Of a DNA stretch of 64,000 nt, positions 17,945 through 27,173 are shown one piece after another. Source of the stretch: an uncultured Nitrososphaerota archaeon (GTDB lineage Archaea; Thermoproteota; EX4484-205; JAAOZP01). Numbering within the stretch: the first letter of the stretch is position 1; each line of letters begins with the position of its first letter. The stretch spans positions 140,748 through 204,747 of the forward strand of contig CAYQCW010000002.1 of NCBI GenBank assembly GCA_964416155.1, read 5' to 3'. Both the position numbers and the translations under genes were made by a program. The notes below the pieces were generated by a model, which saw only the letters and a program-made list of their open reading frames with translations, searched no databases and had not been told where the DNA came from.

Positions 17945-20659
17945 ATGAGAAAAGCGGTTTTAATCCTGATGGCGGTAGGCTTGATAGTGTCTTTAGCCTT
18001 CCTCCAAAACCTGTTTAAACCCGTAACGGTTGAGAAAAGAATGTTTCCCTTCTATCTTCCCTGGGACGACGGGGAGCAGACCGCGACAAGCATAAGCAGT
18101 AGGCTCAATAAGCCGGCAGGCAGCCTTGAACACGTATATGTGGGAGAGGACGGCCATCTTTACGTCAACGGTGAAAGAATAAAGTTCCTAGGCGTCAATA
18201 TTTGTGGAGGCGCATGCTTCCCAGAGAAGGACGAGGCCGGTAAGATAGCTGGCAGACTCGCTAAATACGGGGTCAACGTGGTGCGTTTCCACCATATGGA
18301 TGCGAGCTGGGAGGCTTTCAACATATTCGACAAAGCCGCTGGAGGTACACGCCGCCTCAATAAGGATGCGCTCGACAGGCTTGACTATTTTATTTCAAAA
18401 CTTAAGGAGAACGGCATATATGTCAACCTAAACCTGCTCGTATCGAGAAGGTTTACTTCCGCGGATGGTCTACCTAGAGAAGTGGAGACGGTGGACTGGA
18501 AGGATCAGCAGGTCCTCGGGTTTTTCATCGATAAGGTTGAAGAGCTTGAGAAAGAGTATGCTAGGCAACTCTTAACCCATTTAAACCCATACACTGGAAT
18601 GACTTACGCTGAGGACCCTGTTGTGGCATTCGTTGAAATAGTGAATGAGCAGGGGCTTATGCATTCTTGGCTCGGCGGCGTGGTTGACAGGCTTCCACAG
18701 GTCTTTAAAAAAAGGCTTCAGGAGAAGTGGAACGCCTATTTGGGTTCCAAGTACCTGTCTGACGAGGAGTTTAGAAAAGCATGGGGCGTTGAGACAGGCC
18801 CAGGGGCTCAGGCAGAGGTTCTCAGGAACGGTTGCTTCGAAAAAGGTTTAGAGGGGTGGGTGGTTGAGGTTCACAACGGTGCGCAAGCATCAGCAAAAGT
18901 GGCTGAGGAGGATGTGGGAAGAGTTCTGGAAATCAGGGTTACGAGGCTCGGATCTGAAAGCTGGCATGTGCAGTTCAACCAGCCGGGTTTAAGAATAAAG
19001 CGGGGTGAAAACTATCTTGTCAGGTTTAAGGCTAAGGCTGATAAAACGGTTAGTGTAAGCATAGGCCTGGTTCAGGCTCATGAGCCCTGGAGACTGGTTT
19101 CGCAAAGGGTTGAAGTATCGCTGGCCACAGAATGGAGAGAGTACGAGGTTGCCCTAGTTGCGTCGGAATCAGAGGACAACGCTAGGCTAGACGTCTCGGG
19201 GCTTGGGAGAAGCATAGCAGCCTACCTGTTCTCCTGCTTCTCCATGAGGCTTTTCAGCGGATACGGTGCGATGGAGGACGAGAGCGTTGAAAAAGCAACT
19301 GTTAAGATACTGACTCTCGCCGAATACGGCTTGAGGACGAGCGTAGCCAGAAGAGACTGGGTTGAATTCCTATACAACATGGAGGAAGAGTTTTTCATGG
19401 AGATGCGGAGATTCATTAAAGATGAGCTTGGCGTGAAAGCCCTCGTGATAGGCACCGTAGTCGGGTGTAGCACGCCCAACATAATGTCTATGCTTGACAT
19501 TATAGATACGCATGCCTACTGGAACCACCCCTCTTTCCCAGGGACCCCTTGGGACCCTAGCAACTGGTACGTGGTTAACGAGCCGATGGTTAACAATCCC
19601 CAGCGGAGCACCATAGTAGGCCTGGCTGTTAAAAGGGTTGAGAACAAGCCTCACTTCGTCACTGAATACAATCATCCTGCTCCGAACATGTATGATTCTG
19701 AAACAGTCATAACACTAGCCGCGTACGCTGCGCTACAAGACTGGGATGGAATATTCCTGTTCGACTATGGGAGCCGGGGCAACTGGGACTCCAAGAGAAT
19801 AAGAGGGTTCTTCGACATTGACCAGCACCCTGTTAAAATGGCGACCCTGATAGCCGCGCACATGATATTCTTAAGAGGAGACGTTAAGCCGGCCGACCGG
19901 CTCGTTTCCATAAGACTGAACAGGCAGGATGAGATAAACCTGATAGCGAGCGGGAGAGTCTACGCTTGGGCGCTGCCGGATGCTGGCCACATGGGCTTAA
20001 ACCCATTGGTCTCTCTAACGCATAGAGTAGCCATCAAACTCGACGGGGAAGCATTCCCCGAGGCCGATTTGAATGTTTCTGGGCCTGTTTACCGCTCCGA
20101 TACCGGGGAAGTCGCTTGGGACACTTATGCTGGGAGGGGAATCATAACGATTAACACTTCTAGAAGCATTGCCGCCATAGGGTTCTCAGGTGGTAGAAGC
20201 CTCGACTTCGGAGCACTCGTTATAGACCAAGGGGAAACGCTTCTAGAAGGCTGGAGCATTATAACCATCACAGTGCTGGAGGGAGAGAGCTTCGAGTCTT
20301 GGAGCAGGCTTCTGCTCATAGCTGCCGGCTATGTTACGAACACCGGGATGAGGCTCCGCACGCTTGAGGGAAACATAGCGTTGTTAACGTGGAGACTGAA
20401 TGATTTGACTGACGTGAAACCGCTCATGGAGCCCGTAACGTGCGGCACAAACTGGGGTTCGGCTCCAACACTAGTAGAAGGGGTTAGGGCAACGCTAAGG
20501 GTTAAAACAGACAGGGAGATAGAAGTATGGGCGTTAGACAGTATAGGGAACAGGGTTGGGAGGGCCCAGGTTTCTACCGAGGGGAAGTACAAAGTTTTTT
20601 CAATTGGGCCTGATTTTCAGACCATCTGGTATGAGATAGCTCTATCTGAAACCGGTTAA
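17945..20659 (+). CDS. Secreted/anchored clan GH-A glycoside hydrolase (GH148/GH5-like) with inserted CBM4/9
   Basis: N-terminal hydrophobic anchor; GVNVVRFHHMD, GIYVNLNL, EIVNEQG (acid/base); CBM4/9-like insert LRNGCFEKGLEGW..WHVQFNQ..YLVRFKAKAD; IDTHAYWNHP; FVTEYNHP (nucleophile). Confidence 0.82.
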   Translation: MRKAVLILMAVGLIVSLAFLQNLFKPVTVEKRMFPFYLPWDDGEQTATSISSRLNKPAGSLEHVYVGEDGHLYVNGERIKFLGVNICGGACFPEKDEAGKIAGRLAKYGVNVVRFHHMDASWEAFNIFDKAAGGTRRLNKDALDRLDYFISKLKENGIYVNLNLLVSRRFTSADGLPREVETVDWKDQQVLGFFIDKVEELEKEYARQLLTHLNPYTGMTYAEDPVVAFVEIVNEQGLMHSWLGGVVDRLPQVFKKRLQEKWNAYLGSKYLSDEEFRKAWGVETGPGAQAEVLRNGCFEKGLEGWVVEVHNGAQASAKVAEEDVGRVLEIRVTRLGSESWHVQFNQPGLRIKRGENYLVRFKAKADKTVSVSIGLVQAHEPWRLVSQRVEVSLATEWREYEVALVASESEDNARLDVSGLGRSIAAYLFSCFSMRLFSGYGAMEDESVEKATVKILTLAEYGLRTSVARRDWVEFLYNMEEEFFMEMRRFIKDELGVKALVIGTVVGCSTPNIMSMLDIIDTHAYWNHPSFPGTPWDPSNWYVVNEPMVNNPQRSTIVGLAVKRVENKPHFVTEYNHPAPNMYDSETVITLAAYAALQDWDGIFLFDYGSRGNWDSKRIRGFFDIDQHPVKMATLIAAHMIFLRGDVKPADRLVSIRLNRQDEINLIASGRVYAWALPDAGHMGLNPLVSLTHRVAIKLDGEAFPEADLNVSGPVYRSDTGEVAWDTYAGRGIITINTSRSIAAIGFSGGRSLDFGALVIDQGETLLEGWSIITITVLEGESFESWSRLLLIAAGYVTNTGMRLRTLEGNIALLTWRLNDLTDVKPLMEPVTCGTNWGSAPTLVEGVRATLRVKTDREIEVWALDSIGNRVGRAQVSTEGKYKVFSIGPDFQTIWYEIALSETG

Positions 20660-20732
20660 CCGATACTTTAAAAGTAAGCTGCTGGCAGCAGGGTGATAAG
20701 TTCTTATGCCCCTTCGGCAACCAAATAGTATA

Positions 20733-21527
20733 ATGACACTGGAGGCGAAGAGGCTTAGCACAGGAGTTGAGGGGTTGGACTCCCTGCTTCAAGGCGGGAT
20801 ACCTGAGGGTTTCTTCGTCGCAGTCACCGGGGAACCCGGCTGTGGAAAGACAATACTCTCAATACACTTCATCAACAAGGGTGTTGAAGAGGGAGACAAG
20901 TGCATCTACGTCACAACTGAAGAAAGCAGGGAGTCCATAGTCAGGCAGGCTTTACAGTTTAAAATGGATTTCCAGAGGAAGATTGAGGAGGGCAAGCTGA
21001 TAATAATCGACGCCTTAATGGGTAGGACGGATAAGTGGAGCTTGCAGAGCCTAGACATGGAGGCACTTGTGTCCAAGATAATAGAGGCTAAGAAGGAGCT
21101 TGGATATGGTCGGGCTAGGATCGTCATCGACAGTCTTTCAGCATTCTGGCTCGACAAGCCCGCCATGGCTAGAAGGTACAGCTACTACGTTAAGAAGGTT
21201 CTATCCAAGTGGAACTTCACAATACTTGCTGTGAGCCAGTATGCTATAACCACTGCTGAGAGCTTCGGCTTCGGCGTGGAGCACATAGCGGACGGAATAA
21301 TAAGGTTCAGGAGGCTTTTGAGAGGTGGCGAGTTGAAAAGGTTCATCGTCATCGAGAAGATGAGGCAGACCGACCACAGCAGGTATCTGCACGAGATCGA
21401 TATTAAACCCGGCGTAGGCCTAGTGGTTCTGGGCAGGGTTGAGAGGAGAGTTGAAGACTATAAGCTTCCTTATGAAGTCATGAGGAAAATAGTTGAAGCG
21501 AAAAAGGAGGCTGAGAAGGGGCTGTGA
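20733..21527 (+). CDS. KaiC-like RecA-superfamily ATPase (single domain, archaeal KaiC_arch type)
   Basis: RLSTGVEGLDSLLQGGIP, Walker A GEPGCGKT, YVTTEES, Walker B IVIDSLS, EHIADGIIRF, IEKMRQT. Start at ATG 20733 (track 20706). Confidence 0.92.
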   Translation: MTLEAKRLSTGVEGLDSLLQGGIPEGFFVAVTGEPGCGKTILSIHFINKGVEEGDKCIYVTTEESRESIVRQALQFKMDFQRKIEEGKLIIIDALMGRTDKWSLQSLDMEALVSKIIEAKKELGYGRARIVIDSLSAFWLDKPAMARRYSYYVKKVLSKWNFTILAVSQYAITTAESFGFGVEHIADGIIRFRRLLRGGELKRFIVIEKMRQTDHSRYLHEIDIKPGVGLVVLGRVERRVEDYKLPYEVMRKIVEAKKEAEKGL

Positions 21528-22408
21528 GCCTCCGGCTTCCACTGCACCATTATGGAAAACCCGAGGTAAGGATTGAGATAGCCGAATACTGTAGGAACCG
21601 TTGGGTAGCCGTCCATTGCGAGAAGACCCTAGAGGACGCTACGCGTATGATGATCAGGTATGAAAAAGGAAGACCGTTAACCATAGGCTCCGAGTCGGAA
21701 TTAGCCCTGCTAATCAACCGCTACAGGGAATACTGGCCAAGAGCCTTCTATGCCACGCCCCACATATACTCCAAGCTTAAAACCAGGGAGGACCTGCTGG
21801 ATAGGAGTAACATAGTGTATTCTTCTCCCGTGTTGGACATAGATTCTAAGGACGGGGACTGGAGGAAAGCGGTTAGCAAAGCCCAGGAAATAGTAGGCCT
21901 GTTGGATAAACTAGGCGTGGCTAAATCCATCTTTGTCAAGTGGAGTGGCCGGGGCGCTCACGTTCACGTCAACCCTTTCTGCTTCAGCGCTGATGTCAGG
22001 AAGAAAATAGAGCCGATCGACATAGCGTACTCGATAACGAGCTTCGTGGCAAATAGATTGCAATCAACAGAGGGGCTTGTTGTCGAGAGTCGAATAGATA
22101 TTCAGAGGGTTTTCACGACACCCTTATCCCTGCACAGGATTCTTGACCGTGTGGCCGTATGCTTCCCCCCTGAGAAACTGGAGGAGTTCGACATAAGCTG
22201 GACAGACCCGGAGAGCTACGTCCATTTCCCCGAGTCCTGGAGGTGCTTTTCAGAAGGCGAGGGAGATGAGCTGGCTAAAACAGCTTTCGACTCGATAGGC
22301 CCATATGTAGCCGGTAGACACAGGAGCCGGAAACACAAGCCACTCGACACTGAAATATTGGAGACGATTGAGAAACTTAGCCACAGTGTTCAGGAGGACA
22401 CGTCTTAA
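21524..22408 (+). CDS. Archaeo-eukaryotic primase (AEP)-superfamily protein
   Basis: AEP motif I VLDIDSKD, motif II KWSGRGAHVH, motif III RIDIQRVFTTPLSLH; GTGA overlap with the kaiC-like gene. Confidence 0.72.
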   Translation: MSLRLPLHHYGKPEVRIEIAEYCRNRWVAVHCEKTLEDATRMMIRYEKGRPLTIGSESELALLINRYREYWPRAFYATPHIYSKLKTREDLLDRSNIVYSSPVLDIDSKDGDWRKAVSKAQEIVGLLDKLGVAKSIFVKWSGRGAHVHVNPFCFSADVRKKIEPIDIAYSITSFVANRLQSTEGLVVESRIDIQRVFTTPLSLHRILDRVAVCFPPEKLEEFDISWTDPESYVHFPESWRCFSEGEGDELAKTAFDSIGPYVAGRHRSRKHKPLDTEILETIEKLSHSVQEDTS

Positions 22409-22620
22409 AACAACTATTTGAACAATCAGCATGTTTAGAAAAAAGCCGGAATCGATAGTACTTGAAATAAAAACAGGAAGAAAAAATGCTAAGAGTGGGG
22501 TTTGATAAAAACTGGAGAGCAGTAATCCCAGGCGAAACCAGGATGAGGAGAAGAGGATTATAGAAATACTGGAGGCACCGAAATTATTCATAAGTCTATA
22601 ATCATAACAGCGTGCTAAAC

Positions 22621-22944
22621 TTATTGCTTTCTAAGCTCCGTACTCATCCATTCTAGGTAGCTTCTACTTCCAGAAACTACTGGCATTGCAATAATCTCCG
22701 GGATCTCATAAGAATGATTTTCTCTAATAGTTTTCTCAAGTTCTTCATACAGGTCTTCTCTGCTCTTGATTACGCATAACCATTCTTCTGCTTCCTCGAT
22801 TCTCCCTCTCCACCAGTATAGGCTCGATACTGGGCCTAATACTTGAACACATCCAGCCAGTCTTCTCTCCAGCAGTATTCTTGCAATCCTCTCAGCCTCC
22901 TTCCTCTCCCCTGTTGTCGTTAAGACCTGAATATATTCGCCCAT
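22621..22944 (-). CDS. cutA: Divalent-cation tolerance protein CutA
   Basis: ERRLAGCVQV, SLYWWRGRIEE, HSYEIPEII. Confidence 0.95.
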   Translation of the reverse strand: MGEYIQVLTTTGERKEAERIARILLERRLAGCVQVLGPVSSLYWWRGRIEEAEEWLCVIKSREDLYEELEKTIRENHSYEIPEIIAMPVVSGSRSYLEWMSTELRKQ

Positions 22945-23005
22945 GCGACTAAGTAGGCGGAGCCCCTTAAGAATTTTTCAAAACAACCGGGATTAAAATC
23001 CTTCT

Positions 23006-23440
23006 CTAGACAGCCCTTAGAAGACTTAGACCTGTTCCCGCGTCGGGAACCCGGTTGAACGAGACTCCAGTGATCTCAGCCACCACTATTTCTGCGAGAT
23101 AAAGTATTCGGCTCCCCAGCTCCAAATGCCCCCCGTACGTCGCTTTACCATCGGAAACAGAGACATGCGCGTGCAACTTACCGTTCGCCATCAAGCCGCT
23201 GACAGAGTTTATCTCTAAAGGACCATCTATGTCGATATACTCTTCCTCAGGCGGAAGCTTCTTGGAAGTAACCCTATGTATGCGACAATTTTCAAGAGTA
23301 CCTATCGCCGAGACGATGATGCCGTTTGCAATACCATTGTTCTTGGCGGCGGTTTCAACGGTTTCTAAAAGATCCTCCCCACGGTCACCCCTTAAGACTA
23401 TGATTCTTCCTAATCCTGCCCCCCAAGAGTCCATCTTCAA
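23006..23440 (-). CDS. PPC-domain (DUF296) protein
   Basis: SAIGTL, LEINSVSG, LHAHVSVSD, YGGHL. Confidence 0.9.
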   Translation of the reverse strand: MKMDSWGAGLGRIIVLRGDRGEDLLETVETAAKNNGIANGIIVSAIGTLENCRIHRVTSKKLPPEEEYIDIDGPLEINSVSGLMANGKLHAHVSVSDGKATYGGHLELGSRILYLAEIVVAEITGVSFNRVPDAGTGLSLLRAV

Positions 23441-23446
23441 CCCTCC

Positions 23447-24154
23447 TTAAAGCCGTATGCCAAACTTCTCTAAATAAGGCTTCTGGTTAACACGATCCTC
23501 CTGAAACTGTCGCAGCGCCCTCTCCGAGACCGCGTCAGCCAGTTCCCTCGGGATAACCACCACCCCATCGTCGTCACCCATCACGAAGTCCCCGGGTTCC
23601 ACAGGCACGTCCCCGACGGTGACAGGTATGTTAACGTCCTCAGGCCTCAGAATAAGCCTCCCCACAGTCTCAGTGCGGCCCACCCCCCTGCAGAAAACAG
23701 GAAACCTTTCCCTCCTTATCTCAGCCACATCCCTGCAACCACCATCTATCACTAGCCCAACTATGCCCCTGTCCCTCGCGATTAAAGCGATGTACGAGCC
23801 CCAGAAGCCGACCCTAGTGTAGCCGCCGGCGTCCGCAACCAGGACATGACCGGGCTCAGCAACCTGTAGGAAGAGCTCAGCATTGTTTTTACTCCTATAC
23901 CATCCGGAGGCATATTGGTCATATTCCTCAGGCGACATGTTGGGTATTGGTTCCCTCGCCTTGACCAACCGTATTGTTAGCGCGACGCCCACCATTTTTA
24001 TATCGTTGAAGAGAGGCCTTATCTCCTCCGACATTATTGTAGAATCGTAAACATTATACCTGTCTAACGCATCGATGACGTCTGCGGTCCGCACCTCCGC
24101 CAGACGTTTTAAAAGCTCCCTATCCTTATCGGAAATCAGACGCTCAGGTTTCAT
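23447..24154 (-). CDS. RraA / HMG-aldolase family protein
   Basis: TADVIDALD, GFWGS, GLVIDGGCRDVAEI, VEPGDFVMGDDDGVVVIP. Confidence 0.9.
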   Translation of the reverse strand: MKPERLISDKDRELLKRLAEVRTADVIDALDRYNVYDSTIMSEEIRPLFNDIKMVGVALTIRLVKAREPIPNMSPEEYDQYASGWYRSKNNAELFLQVAEPGHVLVADAGGYTRVGFWGSYIALIARDRGIVGLVIDGGCRDVAEIRRERFPVFCRGVGRTETVGRLILRPEDVNIPVTVGDVPVEPGDFVMGDDDGVVVIPRELADAVSERALRQFQEDRVNQKPYLEKFGIRL

Positions 24155-24266
24155 CTCAAGCCGCCCAGAACTATACCTGTCTAAACCACTAATAAGTCTA
24201 TCCGATTACCCGTTGGATGCTTCCAGCCGGGGGAAAAGCTTATCCGAACATCGTGGACTATGGAGC

Positions 24267-25292
24267 ATGACGCCAATGGATAGGCTTCACTTTCCTAAGC
24301 CGGTTTCAGCCGGCATAATTCTCTCTTATAAGTGCAGCAGCACGTGTAAACACTGCGTGTACGCTTGCTCCCCGAGATGGAGTGACGACTGGCTTACGGA
24401 GAGAAACATCGAGCTGGTCTTGAGACAATTAGCTTCAAGCATTAAGCCCAGCCCATATGGTCGCGAAAAAGTCAGCCTGAACCATGGGTTGCATTTTACA
24501 GGGGGAGAGCCGTTTCTGAATTTTAAGCTTCTTCTGAACGCGGTTAAAACTGCGGATGAGCTTAGGATCCCGTCGACATTCGCCGAAACCAATTGCTTCT
24601 GGTGCGTTAACGATGAACAGGTTAGAGAGAGGCTTACGGCTTTGAAACAGGCAGGGTTAAAAGGGATGCTGATTAGCGTAAATCCGTTCATACTTGAGCA
24701 GGTTCCGTTCGAACGGACTGAGAGAGCAATTAACATAAGCAGAGAGATATTTGACGGGAACACGATGATATATCAAGAGACTTATTACCATCGGTTTAAA
24801 AGCTTCCGTATAAGGAATACTCTCACGCTCGATAAGTATTTGGAGAAAGACAGGTGGGCATTGTGCTACTCCGAGCTCCTTCCGATGGGGAGGGCCTGCT
24901 ACAGGCTTAAACACTTATTCGTAAAATACCCTGCTAAAGCTTTCTTAGATGAACGCTGCATATCAGAGCTAACTAGGAGCCGGCATATCCACGTAGACAA
25001 CTATTTCAACTATATGCCTGGATACTGCGGCGGAATATCTCTCGGAGATGCGAGAGACCTAGATGCTTTAACTCAGGGGGTAGACTTGCAGGATAAGCCT
25101 GTGCTACGCATGCTTGTCGAAAGCATCGGGAATCTTTACGAGTTTGCTGCCAGAGAATTTAACTACAGAGAGAAAGAAGAAGGGTATATTTCCAAATGCC
25201 ACCTCTGCATAGACATAAGGAGACACTTAGTCCAGCAGACCGACGAGTATAAGGAGCTTCGGCCGAGAGAACTGTATTTTAATCTGGAATAG
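24267..25292 (+). CDS. Radical SAM protein of unknown function
   Basis: CSSTCKHC, FTGGEPF, C-terminal CGG and CHLC. Start at ATG 24267 because the track start overlaps the RraA gene. Confidence 0.88.
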   Translation: MTPMDRLHFPKPVSAGIILSYKCSSTCKHCVYACSPRWSDDWLTERNIELVLRQLASSIKPSPYGREKVSLNHGLHFTGGEPFLNFKLLLNAVKTADELRIPSTFAETNCFWCVNDEQVRERLTALKQAGLKGMLISVNPFILEQVPFERTERAINISREIFDGNTMIYQETYYHRFKSFRIRNTLTLDKYLEKDRWALCYSELLPMGRACYRLKHLFVKYPAKAFLDERCISELTRSRHIHVDNYFNYMPGYCGGISLGDARDLDALTQGVDLQDKPVLRMLVESIGNLYEFAAREFNYREKEEGYISKCHLCIDIRRHLVQQTDEYKELRPRELYFNLE

Positions 25293-25464
25293 CTATTTTC
25301 TTTACTTATCCATTTACTTAAGCATAACCAAATATAACGGGATAGAATTGAATCGTAGGGCCTGTACAGAATATCCTGCAAACATTAGTTACCTGATGAT
25401 ACTAGAACTGCCAGCTAAACCGAGTTAAACTTTAAAGGAGTGTTAAAAAATATGATGGCTAGAA

Positions 25465-25680
25465 ATGAGTAGCGAAGCGATTCCTTTGGCTAAGAGAAGA
25501 AAGGGAATCGTTCTTTACTGGAGGCGGGCACGAGGGTTTTCACTCGGTGAATTAAAGGAGGCCGGTTTAACTGTTGACCAAGCTAGGAGACTCGGATTAG
25601 CGGTGGACCTTAGGAGGAGGTCTAAACATGAGGAGAATGTTAAGAGGCTTAAGGATATCCTAAGTGTTAAGCCTGCTTGA
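25465..25680 (+). CDS. rpl13e: 50S ribosomal protein L13e (short archaeal form)
   Basis: RRARGFSLGELKEAGL..ARRLGLAVDLRRRSKHEENV. Confidence 0.92.
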   Translation: MSSEAIPLAKRRKGIVLYWRRARGFSLGELKEAGLTVDQARRLGLAVDLRRRSKHEENVKRLKDILSVKPA

Positions 25681-26283
25681 CACTTGTCTCCTATGAGACA
25701 CGAAACGGGAATCAGCCACATAGAATCTTAATGGGATATTAAGGTCTCCGGAAACACCGATTCTAAAGCCTCTAGCAATATTAGTTTCCACAAACCTTTT
25801 TCTCACAGTAATCTCTGAACTCTTCAAATAGACAGGTTTCCCATGTAGACTTTTATCTATTGCAATTGCCTCCGTAAGCCTTCCCGGACCATTAGTCAAT
25901 CGAAAAACGTCACTCGTACCCCTAAGTCTTTTCATCTCCTCTATACCCGTAAGAGGCTCGAGGGCTCTGATTAAAACCCCTCCGCATCCGTGAGGCTCAT
26001 GTGCAACAATGTTGAACAACCACTTCCCATGAACGCCATATATCAAGGCTCTCCCCACATCACCGTAAAGCATCATAGCTATTTCTCCATTACTCCTGTA
26101 GGCTCTGGAAGCCGGGTCAGACTTTCCGTAGTATGCTTCTGTCTCAACAATAACCCCTGTCAAAGCCTTTTTCTCGAAGACACAGCAAAGAACGTTTCCT
26201 AATAGACGCCTAGCCACTATGGCCGGATCCCTAGCGTAGAACCTTTTAGACAGAATTCTCCCTATTTTCATCACGCTACTCAT
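25660..26283 (-). CDS. mpg: DNA-3-methyladenine glycosylase (MPG/AAG family)
   Basis: VARRLLG, IVETEAY, DPASRAY, GVLIRALEP, TNGPGRLT, RIGVS. Confidence 0.93.
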   Translation of the reverse strand: MSSVMKIGRILSKRFYARDPAIVARRLLGNVLCCVFEKKALTGVIVETEAYYGKSDPASRAYRSNGEIAMMLYGDVGRALIYGVHGKWLFNIVAHEPHGCGGVLIRALEPLTGIEEMKRLRGTSDVFRLTNGPGRLTEAIAIDKSLHGKPVYLKSSEITVRKRFVETNIARGFRIGVSGDLNIPLRFYVADSRFVSHRRQVSSRLNT

Positions 26284-27101
26284 TATTCAAATTTTCTCTC
26301 CATAATCCTACGCTTGCTTATGGTAGCGATACTGTCATAGCCAAATGCCTCCACATAATTTATTAAAGAATCATAAGCATAGTCTATTTCTTCAACAGAA
26401 TGCGCATCGGTACCCACGGTCAAAGATATTTCCAGTTCACGGGTCTTCCTCATGATTCTCTGCGAAGGATATATTGAGTTAACAGGCTGTCTCAACCCTC
26501 TTGAGGAAACCTCGATGCACATTCCATGCTGTTTAACAAGTCTTAACACGTTCTGCTCGTCGAGAAAACCATCGCTAGGGGTGAACCCCCATATCCTCAC
26601 TATGTCGATATGACTAACGACGTTGAAAAGACCTGTTTCTACAGCTTTACCGACTAGACGCATATAGGCTGAGTAAAACTTGTTGAAACCATTCTTACTT
26701 ATTTCCTTTTCCATCAGAATCCTGTGGCTAGGGGAATCGATGCAGATTCCTCCAACGAAGTGCACGCTGCCCATTAGAAAGTCGAAGTCATAACTGCCCA
26801 ACATATCCTCTAAAATCTTCTCGTTTCCAGGAATATAGTCGACTTCCAGCCCCAGCCTCACTGTTAACTTACCCTCATACTTTTCGGAAACCATCCTCGC
26901 CTCCTCAACATAGCTTTCAAGCCTAAGCCAGTCTAAAGAGCCGGTTGATGAAGAACCGTTTGGGAAAACAGTTAAATGATCGGTGAAAGCTATTTCCTCA
27001 AAGCCTTTTCGAACCGCTGCCTCACAGTAATCCGACATTCGGGAGGAACCGTCGCTAAACGTAGTGTGAATATGATAGTTGATTTTCACGGAGGGCTTCA
27101 A
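26283..27101 (-). CDS. PHP-domain histidinol-phosphatase (HisJ/HisK family)
   Basis: YHIHTTFSDG, AFTDH, GLEVDY, MGSVH, SHIDI, GTDAH. Confidence 0.88.
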   Translation of the reverse strand: MKPSVKINYHIHTTFSDGSSRMSDYCEAAVRKGFEEIAFTDHLTVFPNGSSSTGSLDWLRLESYVEEARMVSEKYEGKLTVRLGLEVDYIPGNEKILEDMLGSYDFDFLMGSVHFVGGICIDSPSHRILMEKEISKNGFNKFYSAYMRLVGKAVETGLFNVVSHIDIVRIWGFTPSDGFLDEQNVLRLVKQHGMCIEVSSRGLRQPVNSIYPSQRIMRKTRELEISLTVGTDAHSVEEIDYAYDSLINYVEAFGYDSIATISKRRIMERKFE

Positions 27102-27173
27102 CTCGTTTCTATTTTTAAATTTAACCCTAGTGCACTGGGATTAAACATGAAACCTGACAATCCATAGTGCTTT

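Noticed and set aside
22431-22600. Short ORFs (MFRKKPES..., ..DEEKRIIEILEAPKLFISL) and a 15-mer GGAGAAGAGGATTAT shared with the minus strand near 37165
   Set aside because: No recognisable family or expression signals; a purine-rich match of this length can be chance.
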